From: Gloeobacterales cyanobacterium
GTDB lineage: Bacteria > Cyanobacteriota > Cyanobacteriia > Gloeobacterales > PMM-0068
Direction: 5' to 3'
Length of the DNA: 64,000 nucleotides
Assembly: GCA_038245785.1 (NCBI GenBank)
Contig: JBBRSB010000007.1
Span: 64,001-128,000 of the forward strand
Part shown: in pieces, positions 1 to 9,388 of the stretch
Layout of the letters: each line of letters starts with the position of its first letter
Position numbering within the stretch: position 1 is the stretch's first letter
Program-made: the position numbers and the translations under genes
Notes under the pieces: generated by a model
Database searches by the model: none
What the model saw: the letters and a program-made list of their open reading frames with translations, nothing else
What the model was told of the DNA's origin: nothing

Positions 1-1264
1 CCTTCGTCACTAGATCGTCAAGGAGGGTGCCGATGTAAGAACTTTCACGAGACAGGTGCAGCAATTCCTTGCCGTGCACCAAGCGAGCCGCATTGATGCC
101 GCCGATGATTCCTTGAGCTGCCGCTTCTTCATAACCTGTGGTGCCATTTACCTGACCAGCACAGAACAATCCTTCCACCCGTTTGGTCATCAAGGTTGGA
201 AAGCATTGGGTCGCTGGAATATAGTCATACTCCACCGCATAGGCAGGACGCAGCATCACACAGTTTTCCATCCCTGGCAAAGTCTGGAGCATTTTTAGCT
301 GGACCGATTCGGGCAGACTGGTGGAAAAGCCTTGGACATAGAGTTCTGGGGTGTCTCTACCCTCCGGTTCGATAAAAATCTGGTGGGATTCCTTATCGGC
401 AAAGCGGACAATCTTATCTTCAATACTGGGACAATAGCGGGGACCTTTAGCATCGATATCACCGCTAAACATCGGGGACAAATGCAGATTTTCCCTAATC
501 ACCTGATGGGTCGCTGCCGTCGTATGGGTGAGATAACAGTTCATCTGCTCCCGCTCAACCCAAGCTTCCGGGTCAAAGCTAAACCAGCGCACCATGGCAT
601 CGGGCGGTTGCTCTTCCATTACCGAAAAGTCTACGGTTCGGCGGTCTACCCGCGCAGGCGTTCCTGTTTTGAGACGTCCGGTTTCAAAGCCCAAATCATG
701 CAGCTGTTGGGTGAGACCAAGGGCAGGAAATTCTCCAGCCCGCCCCGCATCCATCGATTTGCGTCCAATCCAAATCTTGCCTTGGAGAAAAGTGCCTGTG
801 GTGAGCACCACAGAGCGGCAACGAATATCGACACCAAAATAGGTGCCCAACCCTTCAACCGCTTCGTTCTCATCCATATATAGGTCCGTGACCATACCCT
901 GACGGACGGTGAGATTCGGAGTGCTTTCTAAGACCCGTTTCATCACCCGCGAGTATTCCAACTTATCCGTCTGAGCCCGCAAGGCCCATACCGCAGGCCC
1001 ACGGGAACTATTGAGAATTCTCTTTTGCAAGTAGCAACGGTCGGCCATTTTACCGATTTCACCGCCCAGGGCATCTACTTCATGCACCAACTGGGATTTG
1101 GCAGGACCACCAACCGCTGGATTACAGGGTTGCCAAGCCATAGTGTCCAAGTTCATCGTCATCAGCAGCGTGCGGCAACCAAGCCGAGCAGATGCTAGGG
1201 CCGCCTCACAGCCAGCATGTCCGGCCCCTACAATGACTACGTCAAATTTGTACAAGTATTCCAT
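1..1264 (-). CDS. mnmG: tRNA uridine-5-carboxymethylaminomethyl(34) synthesis enzyme MnmG/GidA (partial; 3' end runs off the window)
   Basis: The reverse complement from ATG at 1264 reads [22 protein letters not shown]..., then [25 protein letters not shown], the GidA signature. Absent from the ORF track because there is no stop in the window. Confidence 0.95.
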   Translation of the reverse strand, partial: MEYLYKFDVVIVGAGHAGCEAALASARLGCRTLLMTMNLDTMAWQPCNPAVGGPAKSQLVHEVDALGGEIGKMADRCYLQKRILNSSRGPAVWALRAQTDKLEYSRVMKRVLESTPNLTVRQGMVTDLYMDENEAVEGLGTYFGVDIRCRSVVLTTGTFLQGKIWIGRKSMDAGRAGEFPALGLTQQLHDLGFETGRLKTGTPARVDRRTVDFSVMEEQPPDAMVRWFSFDPEAWVEREQMNCYLTHTTAATHQVIRENLHLSPMFSGDIDAKGPRYCPSIEDKIVRFADKESHQIFIEPEGRDTPELYVQGFSTSLPESVQLKMLQTLPGMENCVMLRPAYAVEYDYIPATQCFPTLMTKRVEGLFCAGQVNGTTGYEEAAAQGIIGGINAARLVHGKELLHLSRESSYIGTLLDDLVTK

Positions 1265-1335
1265 AGCTTGATTTTATGCGTTTAGAGTTCTGCTTTGCGA
1301 GATAATACGGTCTGTTTCCCCCATGGTTATATAGG

Positions 1336-2013
1336 ATGCGTGTTTCCTTCTTGGCGTTGCCTCTCATTTTTCTATTAGGAGCTTGTGGCAAAGCCATCAT
1401 CTCAGAGGAACCGAAAGAAGTAGAACCAGTCACCTATACACCCGGTAAATCCGTTAGTTTCAACCAAGACCCTAATAGCTATTTCTTGCTCAAATCCGAT
1501 GGCACGCCCTTTAAAGATGCTGCAGGGAAAGAAGCAAAAAGCCTGACAGTCGGGGAATACACCACTAAACTGAATGTTAGTGTCCTTCAATTTAGTGCAA
1601 CGGGTGCGACTACGCCAGAAGAGAAGGCCCCCCGCTACGCTTTGCGCGTTGTGCTCAAACCGGTAGCGACCAATCATGCCCTGAGTTCCGACCCACAATC
1701 GGTTTTCCTCGATGCCGATGGCAAAGGATTGCAGTTTCCCTTTGACTATGACGTCACCACCTTCCGCGACGCCACAGGCAAACAAGAAAATATTGACGTT
1801 GAACTAAAGCCCCAAGGAATCAAAAAGATTTTGGCCGCTAAAGAAATAGCCTTGAAAGTACGTTTATTTTCAGAACCGATGGCCACCGCTGGAGAATGTA
1901 CCAAGGCGGCTGCAGGCTCAGCCAAGCAGTTATCCTGCAAAAATCCCTATACGGGTCAAAAACTGACGGCCAAGAATTTACAGAGTTTGCAGGCGTTTGT
2001 CTCAGGGAAATAA
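1336..2013 (+). CDS. hypothetical lipoprotein
   Basis: 225 aa ORF; hydrophobic N-terminus ending in the lipobox LLGAC; divergent from mnmG. Confidence 0.7.
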   Translation: MRVSFLALPLIFLLGACGKAIISEEPKEVEPVTYTPGKSVSFNQDPNSYFLLKSDGTPFKDAAGKEAKSLTVGEYTTKLNVSVLQFSATGATTPEEKAPRYALRVVLKPVATNHALSSDPQSVFLDADGKGLQFPFDYDVTTFRDATGKQENIDVELKPQGIKKILAAKEIALKVRLFSEPMATAGECTKAAAGSAKQLSCKNPYTGQKLTAKNLQSLQAFVSGK

Positions 2014-2042
2014 TAGGTGGGCCTTGGGCAGTCCTCAAAAAT

Positions 2043-2069
2043 GAGGCCCCTGGGAAAAACAGGGGCCTC
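2043..2069. terminator. intrinsic terminator hairpin between convergent genes
   Basis: Perfect 10-bp stem GAGGCCCCTG/CAGGGGCCTC, with an A-run on the left (U-tract on the minus strand). Confidence 0.7.
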
Positions 2070-2087
2070 TGTCATTGGATTGTTCAC

Positions 2088-2768
2088 TTAGTTAGTAAGA
2101 CCCCTACCCTTATTCTTAGACCCCACACTAACCGCGAGTCGTGCTAATACATTCTCCACTCCCCTGCGCGCTTGTGTCAGATGAATCAGGTCGTTCGACA
2201 TGACAAAGAAGAAATTCGCAGACAAGAGCATAGCCTCGATTTCAAAAACTGCCTGATCCACTTCCGCCTTGGAATCTATTTCTCCGATTTCTTGCGCTTC
2301 AAGAATGCATTGCCCCAATAATGAAAGCCATCTGGCTATCACCTCAAAGACCCGATCGCGGGCTCGACCGGGGCGCGTGTCAAGTTCCGCAGCGACCGAA
2401 GCAAAAAAACACCCACCCGGAAAAACTCTGCGTTCGAGATGGGAAAGGTAGGCATCAGCCGCAGCCCTGAGCCGCTCAGTTCCCCCGTTTGCTCTCATCG
2501 CAGGTTGAAGCACTTCATGATCAAAAATTACTGCCGCCGTTTCGATCATCGCTAGCTCCAATTCTTCTTTGTCTTTGAAATGGGCATAGAGACCACTCTT
2601 GCTCATGCCTACCTCAGCAGCCAGATCTCCTAACGACAAGCCACTCAGCCCCTTTATGGTAGCCAGCCTCGTAGCAGTAAGCAGAATGGCCTCGCGGCTA
2701 TTCTGCCCTTTCGATCTGCGAGGCTCTTTTCCTTCCAAGCTATTTTTTGATGACGAAACATTACTCAT
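2088..2768 (-). CDS. TetR/AcrR family transcriptional regulator
   Basis: HTH motif ILLTATRL...LAAEVGMSKSGLYAHFKDKEEL and C-terminal GGCFF. ATG at 2768 preferred over the ORF-track start at 2804. Confidence 0.92.
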   Translation of the reverse strand: MSNVSSSKNSLEGKEPRRSKGQNSREAILLTATRLATIKGLSGLSLGDLAAEVGMSKSGLYAHFKDKEELELAMIETAAVIFDHEVLQPAMRANGGTERLRAAADAYLSHLERRVFPGGCFFASVAAELDTRPGRARDRVFEVIARWLSLLGQCILEAQEIGEIDSKAEVDQAVFEIEAMLLSANFFFVMSNDLIHLTQARRGVENVLARLAVSVGSKNKGRGLTN

Positions 2769-2771
2769 ATC

Positions 2772-2831
2772 TTGACAATAGCACGAACGGTCGTCATAAT
2801 CCAAGCAGGCAATAAAACGACCGTTCGTTTT
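2772..2831 (+). promoter_or_regulatory. sigma70-type promoter with two TetR-type operators
   Basis: TTGACA(2772-2777)-N17-CATAAT(2795-2800). ACGAACGGTCGT (2783-2794) and its exact reverse complement ACGACCGTTCGT (2817-2828). Confidence 0.8.
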
Positions 2832-2896
2832 TATGTACTTCCCTTAATGCTAAACAGACTGGAGAAAATCCAGAACCAACAAAGGAGGACTGAGAA

Positions 2897-3247
2897 ATGG
2901 CTTCGACGAAAGACGTGCTAGACCACCACTTAAAGTGCTTTGGTGAGAGCGACCTTAAGGGCATCCTCTCTGACTATGCGCCGGGTGCCGTCCTGTTTAC
3001 GCTGGACGGACCGCTCAAGGGAGCCGACGCGATTAGGCCGTTGTTCCAGGTGATGATTGCGGAGTTTGGAAAACCTGGCGCATCGTTCAGCATGAAGCAG
3101 CAGTTCGTCGAGGGCGACTATGCTTACATTCTGTGGACCGCAGAGACTGCCGATAACGTCTACGAGGTAGCCACGGACACGTTCGTTGTGCGGGATAGCA
3201 AGATCGTGGCCCAGTCCTTCACTGGCAAGATTACGCCCAAGGGCTGA
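2897..3247 (+). CDS. SnoaL-like / NTF2 family protein
   Basis: 116 aa; DLKGILSDYAPGAVL...GADAIR...DTFVVRDSKIVAQ pattern; strong RBS AAGGAGG. Confidence 0.85.
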   Translation: MASTKDVLDHHLKCFGESDLKGILSDYAPGAVLFTLDGPLKGADAIRPLFQVMIAEFGKPGASFSMKQQFVEGDYAYILWTAETADNVYEVATDTFVVRDSKIVAQSFTGKITPKG

Positions 3248-3334
3248 AAACACGCCTTCATTCCTAGAGGCCGCCCAACAATGCCTTGCAGCTGATTTAT
3301 GAATCATTTTTAAAAAGAAGTAGGGAGAAATACG

Positions 3335-4717
3335 ATGACAACGCTACTGAAAGAGACGATTGAGGGACTGAAGACCCAGGTGAAGGGTCATGTGCTGCTT
3401 ACTGATGATCCAAATTATGACGAAGTTCGCGAAATATGGAATGCGATGATCGATCGACGGCCTGCCGTCATTGTCCAGTGTGCAAAAGCCGATGACGTTC
3501 CCCCTATAATCACGTTTGCGAGAGAGAACGGGCTCGAAATCTCCATCAGGGGAGCTGGGCATAACATCGCGGGGAACGCTCTATGTGATAACGGTGTAAT
3601 GATTGATCTTTCAACCATGACAAATGTCCGCATTGATGCTCAGAACAGGCGTGCGTATGTCGAACCAGGTGCCACACTGGCTGATTTTGATAAAGCGGCA
3701 CAGGCACATGGATTAGCTACTCCAGTGGGAATCAATTCCACGACGGGTATAGCCGGTCTTACCCTGGGGGGCGGTTTCGGCTGGTTGACCCGTAAGTATG
3801 GACTGACGATCGACAATCTTGTCTCTGCGGAAGTGATCACAGCGGACGGGAATAAGATACGAGCAGGCGAAAATGAAAACACTGACCTTTTTTGGGCGAT
3901 TCGGGGGGGCGGCGGTAACTTTGGGATAGTAACTGAGTTCGAATTCGAGCTCCATCCTGTGGGCCCTGAAATATTGGCTGGATTGATCGTTTTTCCATTT
4001 AGCCAGGCCAAACAGGTGCTGACCCAGTATCGGAAATTTGCTGAATCCGCTCCCGAGGAGCTCAACGTGTGGGTAGTGCTTCGCAAGGCTCCGCCCCTGC
4101 CTTTTCTGCCTGAGAGTGTACATGGCCAAGAGGTCGTTGTACTAGCAGTCTTTTATGCAGGCGACATTGTAGAGGGGGAGAAACTGATTGAGCCGCTGCG
4201 CCGTTTTGGCGACGCCTATGGCGAACACATCGGTGCTCAGCCATACGTAGCGTGGCAGCAAGCTTTTGACCCCTTGCTTACACGCGGTGCGAGGAACTAC
4301 TGGAAATCTCATAATTTCACAGAGTTACAGGATGGTGCACTGGATGCAATCGTGGAATTCGCAGCCAAGCTACCCTCGTCACAGTGCGAAATCTTCATGG
4401 GATTCATTGCAGGGGCATCCAACCGCGTCTCGCCAGAGGCCATGGCCTATTTTCATCGGGATGCGAAGTTTGTGCTTAACGTTCACGGACGATGGGATGA
4501 TGCAGCGCACGATGCAACAGGGATTGCGTGGGCACGCGAGTTTTTCCAAGCTTCTGCACCCTATGCATCTGCGGGTGCCTATGTGAACTTCATGACCGAA
4601 GAGGAAGGCGGTCGCATCGCGGCGGCTTACGGAGCTAACTACGATCGCTTGATACAGATCAAGAAGCGCTACGATCCCGAGAACATTTTCCATCTAAATC
4701 AGAACATCAAACCCTGA
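3335..4717 (+). CDS. FAD-linked oxidoreductase (VAO/berberine-bridge enzyme family)
   Basis: RGAGHN covalent-FAD motif, GIAGLTLGGG, DLFWAIRGGGGNFGIVT and C-terminal YVNF...KKRYDPENIF. Confidence 0.93.
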   Translation: MTTLLKETIEGLKTQVKGHVLLTDDPNYDEVREIWNAMIDRRPAVIVQCAKADDVPPIITFARENGLEISIRGAGHNIAGNALCDNGVMIDLSTMTNVRIDAQNRRAYVEPGATLADFDKAAQAHGLATPVGINSTTGIAGLTLGGGFGWLTRKYGLTIDNLVSAEVITADGNKIRAGENENTDLFWAIRGGGGNFGIVTEFEFELHPVGPEILAGLIVFPFSQAKQVLTQYRKFAESAPEELNVWVVLRKAPPLPFLPESVHGQEVVVLAVFYAGDIVEGEKLIEPLRRFGDAYGEHIGAQPYVAWQQAFDPLLTRGARNYWKSHNFTELQDGALDAIVEFAAKLPSSQCEIFMGFIAGASNRVSPEAMAYFHRDAKFVLNVHGRWDDAAHDATGIAWAREFFQASAPYASAGAYVNFMTEEEGGRIAAAYGANYDRLIQIKKRYDPENIFHLNQNIKP

Positions 4718-4734
4718 GCTGGCTTAGATCAAAC

Positions 4735-4770
4735 AGAAAACCCGCAGAAACTAAATCCTACGGGTTTTCT
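4735..4770. terminator. hairpin, probable bidirectional terminator
   Basis: Perfect 10-bp inverted repeat AGAAAACCCG/CGGGTTTTCT between convergent genes. Confidence 0.65.
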
Positions 4771-4800
4771 CTAAGTAGCCAGATGGAATACAGAACACCC

Positions 4801-4840
4801 CCTATAGTCCCCCTTTGAGGGGGACGGCGATAGCCGGGGG
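4801..4840. repeat. REP-like palindromic dispersed repeat (copy 1)
   Basis: CCTATAGTCCCCCTTTGAGGGGGACGGCGATAGCCGGGGG; near-identical arms recur at 9291-9377. Confidence 0.75.
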
Positions 4841-4855
4841 TAGTTCAAAGAACGT

Positions 4856-5683
4856 CTACTTGAGGTTCAGTTGCGACTTGAAATTATCAAACTGCTTTTG
4901 AGTCAAGACTTTCTTCGCCACTAAATCATCCAAGGACTTATAGGGACGACCATCCACGATCTTCTTAGCGGTCACAGGGCCAATGCCTTTGACCTGCTGG
5001 AGGTCCTTTAAGGACTCCGTATTGACACTGATGATGGCAGTCGTGGACTTCTTCGTAGTTCCCTCAGTAGTTGCTTTGTCAGTGCCTGTTGCAGGAGCAG
5101 CCATAGCGGGAGCTGACTTCGAACCTTTTTCTGTTGTCGCTGGCTCCAGGGTTGTATTTTCTTTATCTTTGACGAGGGGAGCATCCGCCGGAGCTGTGGT
5201 TGCCTCGGCAGGTTTTTTAGTTCCTTTCTCGGATCCTTTCTCTTCCTTCATTGCCTTCTCGGGCGCAGGCGTAGTCGCGGTATCTTCAGCAGCCTTAGAT
5301 TTTCTGGTTTTTCTAGGTTTCTTCTCATCCGTAGAGCCCTTGGGGGTATCTGCAGCAGGAGTAGCAGAATCAGTTGCGGCAGGGGTAGCCGTAGCATCCT
5401 CTGTTTTCTTGATCTTTTTCGTTTTCTTGTCCGTAGAATCCTTCGAATCTTTCATTGCAGTACCTGAGTCTTTTGCAGGCTCAGTCGTGCTTGTTGCATC
5501 CGTGTTTTTCTCTTTACTTTTCTTAGTTCTAGTCTTCTTCGTTGTCTTACCTGCATCCTTCTCAGCAGCGGGAGCACTTGTGGCTGGCTTGTCGGGGGCT
5601 GCTACTGATTGAGCGATTACAGGCAGTGGCAAAAAAGTCGCCAAGGCAAGTAATAAAGCAGGGGCAAACTTCTTTAGGTTCAT
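4856..5683 (-). CDS. secreted ComEA-like helix-hairpin-helix protein with a long Lys/Thr/Ala-rich region
   Basis: Signal peptide MNLKKFAPALLLALA; C-terminal ISVNTESLKDLQQVKGIGPVTAKKIVDGRPYKSLDDL (HhH). Confidence 0.8.
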   Translation of the reverse strand: MNLKKFAPALLLALATFLPLPVIAQSVAAPDKPATSAPAAEKDAGKTTKKTRTKKSKEKNTDATSTTEPAKDSGTAMKDSKDSTDKKTKKIKKTEDATATPAATDSATPAADTPKGSTDEKKPRKTRKSKAAEDTATTPAPEKAMKEEKGSEKGTKKPAEATTAPADAPLVKDKENTTLEPATTEKGSKSAPAMAAPATGTDKATTEGTTKKSTTAIISVNTESLKDLQQVKGIGPVTAKKIVDGRPYKSLDDLVAKKVLTQKQFDNFKSQLNLK

Positions 5684-5868
5684 ACCCATTCCTACACAAA
5701 AAGATACGCTGAAATATACCAAAGTTCGACATTTTATCCAAACAAAAAGACGACCATAGAGATGACACAACGGTGACACACACATATCAAATTTAGATGG
5801 CAAGGTTTAGATGACAAGATACAACTCACGGTCCTTGGGCACACTTCCCTCTAGATAGAAAATTCAGT

Positions 5869-8800
5869 ATGAACAAACTCCCTATTTTTCATGATCCTTC
5901 AGGCCAGCGCTGGCGTTGGATTTCCTCTCTTTCCGTCATAGTGGGAATCATCTCCGCCATACTCTTAACCAGCTTTACGGTGAGCCTCCTGACCACTCCC
6001 CCGCGAGCTTTGCTACCATTCAAACTAGCGCATGGTCCCCTAAAAGCCATTAATTTTGACACTTCAAAAGTAGAAATCTTCAATAGACACTTAGGCAAGT
6101 CTTCCATCGCAACTTATAAGAAGTTAGCATTTCCCAGTCCTTCCCCTGTTTCTGTTGGTTTCTATGTCAATTGGGATGATTCTTCCTATGCCTCTTTAGC
6201 AAAAAATATAAATTATTTAGATTGGCTGATTCCTGAATGGGTGCATTTGAAAACTGGAAAAAATTCTCTTAGTTACGACATCGACAAGAAGGTTATTGAT
6301 CTAGTTAAAAACAAGCAATCCAACATAAAGATATTGCCCCTTGTCAATAATTTTGAACAAGAAGAATGGAAATCAGAAGCATTAACACAGTGGATTGGCG
6401 ATGCCGAATCCCGCACTTTGCTTGTTGATAGACTTACCCAATTCGTTCAGAAAAACGGTTTTGACGGGCTAACGATCGATTTTGAGAATGTGCCCAAAGC
6501 AAGCCAGAAAGACTTGCTGGCATTCATGTCAGAGCTTCACCAAGTCTTTGCGGCCCATGACTGGCTCGTTGTTCAAAGTGTTCCCTTTAATGATCCTGAT
6601 TGGGTCCTGCCTCGCTACGCTGCCGTGACGGATGATCTGATTTTGATGGCCTACGACCAACACTACACTTCAGGGCAAGCAGGACCGATTGCTTCACAGG
6701 ACTGGTTCAATGACACCCTAGACCAGCAAATGAGCAAGTTGGATCCGGCGCATACAATCATTAGCTTGGGAAACTACGGCTATGACTGGAAAACAGATAA
6801 GCAAGGCCATACCGAGGGCAACGATGTAACGTACCAAGAAGCAATGCTAACTGCACGCGATTCAGAGGCATATATTCACTACGATGCAACGATGAATCCG
6901 CACTTCGCTTACGAAGAAGAAGGCGATGTTCACCATGTATGGTTTCTCGATGCTGTAACTGCCTACAATCAGGTGCAGGCCTCTAAGGACTATCATCCTG
7001 CGGGCTATGCACTATGGCGTATGGGTTCAGAAGACCCCTCAATCTGGCAGTTTTTTAGCCATCAAAATCTAGGAAATGTCCCGAATAAAGAACTCGTTTC
7101 TTCCCTCAAAGATATTCACTTTGACTACGATGTGGACTTTGAAGGTACAGGGGAAATCCTTCAAGTCGCAGCCTTACCTACACAGGGGAAGCGAAAGCTC
7201 TCAACCAATCAGGAAGGCTTAATTGAGCACGAATCCTATACAAAATATCCATCGGCCTATGTAATCCAACGCACCGGAAACCAAGATCCTAAGGCGGTTG
7301 CACTGACCTTTGACGACGGACCAGACCTCCAATGGACGCCTCAGGTGCTGGCCGTGCTTAAGCAGAAAAAAGTACCTGCCACCTTCTTTATTGTTGGTCA
7401 AAATGCCAATCGCGCCTCTTGGCTGCTCAATCAGATTGTTCGGGACGGTCATGAACTCGGAAATCACACCTACACCCATCCAAACCTTGGGGCAGTGCCC
7501 AATCAAGTTACAGATTTAGAGTTAACGGCCACGGAACGCCTGGTCGAAAGCGTCACCGGACATCAAATGCGGCTATGGCGTGCTCCCTACTTTGGAGACG
7601 CAGAACCTAAAATTCCTAGTGAAGTAGAACCGATTCTTGAAGCACAGCGCAAACTCAATTACATTGCCGTCGGTTTGAGAGTTGATCCTGATGATTGGGA
7701 TACAGACAACCCTAATCCTGAGCTGCGAGCCAATCCAGGAAATATTACCCAGCGGACCATAGAGGGGATTACGTCCAAAGATCCGGACCAGCGGGGGCAG
7801 ATTGTGCTGCTGCACGATAGTGGCGGCGACCGCTCGGCAACCATAGCAGCCCTGCCACGCATTATTGACGAACTCCAGGCACGCGGATATCACTTTGTCA
7901 CGGTTGGTGCCCTGGCTGGACTCACCCCAGATGTGGTTAGTCCCACGGTTCCTAAAGATAACAGCATCACCAACTTCAGCAATGCTGTGGTCTTCTATGC
8001 AGGCGAGATATCTCAATGGGCGCTCTATTGGATTTTCACCGCTGGCATCATTCTGGGAATTACACGCATTGTCTTCATCACCACGATTGCCATTCTCCAT
8101 CGGCGGCGAGCAACCCCTTCTTTCTCCCCTACGTATAAACCCTACGTTTCGATCGTGGTGCCAGCCTATCGCGAGGAGAAAGTGGTTAATCGCACGATCA
8201 GCACCTTGCTAGCCAGCGATTATGAAGGTGAATTTGAAATCATCATGGTGGATGATGGCTCTCCAGACCGGACCTTTGAAGTGGTCAAAGAACAATTCAA
8301 AAACCATCCACAAGTTAGGGTCTATCAGAAACTAAACGGAGGCAAAGCTTCTGCCCTGAACTACGGCATCGAAAAAGCAAAGGGCGAAATTATTATTGCC
8401 TTGGATGCCGATACCCTCTTTCCTAAAGATGCCGTCCGTTTGCTCGTTCGCCATTTTGAGGACCCAAACGTAGGAGCCGTGGCTGGAAATGCAAAAGTGG
8501 GCAACCGGATCAATCTCGTCACTCGTTGGCAAGCTCTTGAGTACATCATTAGCCAGAATCTAGACCGGAGAGCGTTCGACTTTTTCAACTGCATCACTGT
8601 AGTTCCGGGAGCAATCGGGGCCTGGCGCAAAATAGATGTCTTGGCCGCAGGCGGATTCAGTTCTGACACCTTGGCGGAAGATCAGGACCTGACGATTGCC
8701 ATTCGCAAAAGGGGACAGGTCATTGCCTATGAAGAAAAGGCTCTGTGCTATACAGAAGCGCCCGATACCCTCACGACCCTTGCCAAACAGCGGTATCGCT

Positions 8801-9267
8801 GGGCTTTTGGCACCTTGCAGTGTGCCTGGAAACATCGAGATGCCATGCTATCGCCTAAGCAGGGGACTTTAGGTTTTATCGGATTGCCCAATACATGGAT
8901 CTTCCAAATTATCTTTTCTCTAATTTCACCGATCACCGATTTAGTGTTTATTGGCTCCATTGCCTCGATCTTCATCACCAAATGGCAACACCCCTATGAG
9001 TACTCGCCCGCCAATGCAATCGCCGTTCTGCTCTACTTTGTCCTCTTTATGGCCATAGATTTGGTGACATCTTTCATTGCCTTCCAGCTAGAAAAAGAAG
9101 ATACTTCTTTGATTATCTGGCTTGTTATCCAACGCTTCGTTTATCGGCAAGTGATGTACTACGTGATGATCAAATCTGTACTCAGTGCTTTGAAAGGATT
9201 AGCACCAGGCTGGGGAAAACTGGAACGCAAGGCTACCGCAACCAACATTTCAAAGAACTATGTTTAG
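5869..9267 (+). CDS. trifunctional GH18-like hydrolase / CE4 polysaccharide deacetylase / GT2 processive glycosyltransferase
   Basis: GH18: FDGLTIDFE, LMAYD. NodB: TFDDGP, HTYTH, RAPY, DDW, LLHD. GT2: DDGS, GKASALN, DADT, AED, QRYRW plus TM helices. Confidence 0.92.
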   Translation: MNKLPIFHDPSGQRWRWISSLSVIVGIISAILLTSFTVSLLTTPPRALLPFKLAHGPLKAINFDTSKVEIFNRHLGKSSIATYKKLAFPSPSPVSVGFYVNWDDSSYASLAKNINYLDWLIPEWVHLKTGKNSLSYDIDKKVIDLVKNKQSNIKILPLVNNFEQEEWKSEALTQWIGDAESRTLLVDRLTQFVQKNGFDGLTIDFENVPKASQKDLLAFMSELHQVFAAHDWLVVQSVPFNDPDWVLPRYAAVTDDLILMAYDQHYTSGQAGPIASQDWFNDTLDQQMSKLDPAHTIISLGNYGYDWKTDKQGHTEGNDVTYQEAMLTARDSEAYIHYDATMNPHFAYEEEGDVHHVWFLDAVTAYNQVQASKDYHPAGYALWRMGSEDPSIWQFFSHQNLGNVPNKELVSSLKDIHFDYDVDFEGTGEILQVAALPTQGKRKLSTNQEGLIEHESYTKYPSAYVIQRTGNQDPKAVALTFDDGPDLQWTPQVLAVLKQKKVPATFFIVGQNANRASWLLNQIVRDGHELGNHTYTHPNLGAVPNQVTDLELTATERLVESVTGHQMRLWRAPYFGDAEPKIPSEVEPILEAQRKLNYIAVGLRVDPDDWDTDNPNPELRANPGNITQRTIEGITSKDPDQRGQIVLLHDSGGDRSATIAALPRIIDELQARGYHFVTVGALAGLTPDVVSPTVPKDNSITNFSNAVVFYAGEISQWALYWIFTAGIILGITRIVFITTIAILHRRRATPSFSPTYKPYVSIVVPAYREEKVVNRTISTLLASDYEGEFEIIMVDDGSPDRTFEVVKEQFKNHPQVRVYQKLNGGKASALNYGIEKAKGEIIIALDADTLFPKDAVRLLVRHFEDPNVGAVAGNAKVGNRINLVTRWQALEYIISQNLDRRAFDFFNCITVVPGAIGAWRKIDVLAAGGFSSDTLAEDQDLTIAIRKRGQVIAYEEKALCYTEAPDTLTTLAKQRYRWAFGTLQCAWKHRDAMLSPKQGTLGFIGLPNTWIFQIIFSLISPITDLVFIGSIASIFITKWQHPYEYSPANAIAVLLYFVLFMAIDLVTSFIAFQLEKEDTSLIIWLVIQRFVYRQVMYYVMIKSVLSALKGLAPGWGKLERKATATNISKNYV

Positions 9268-9290
9268 TTCTAGGTGAATTAAGAAGACCT

Positions 9291-9377
9291 CCTATAGTCT
9301 CCCTTTGCCAGGCGTTAGCGTAGCGTCTCTGCAAGAGGCAGCCTTCTCGGAGGGTGGGGGACGGCTATAGCCGGGGG
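9291..9377. repeat. REP-like repeat (copy 2) with a 48-nt insert in its loop
   Basis: Arms CCTATAGTCTCCCTTTG and GGGGGACGGCTATAGCCGGGGG match 4801-4840; insert at 9308-9355. Confidence 0.75.
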
Positions 9378-9388
9378 TTTAAGCCCAC

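Noticed and set aside
56..883. Plus-strand ORFs at 56-298, 332-883 and 594-842
   Set aside because: Antisense shadows of mnmG.
4983..5612. 209-aa hydrophobic plus-strand ORF
   Set aside because: Antisense shadow of the low-complexity Lys-rich gene.
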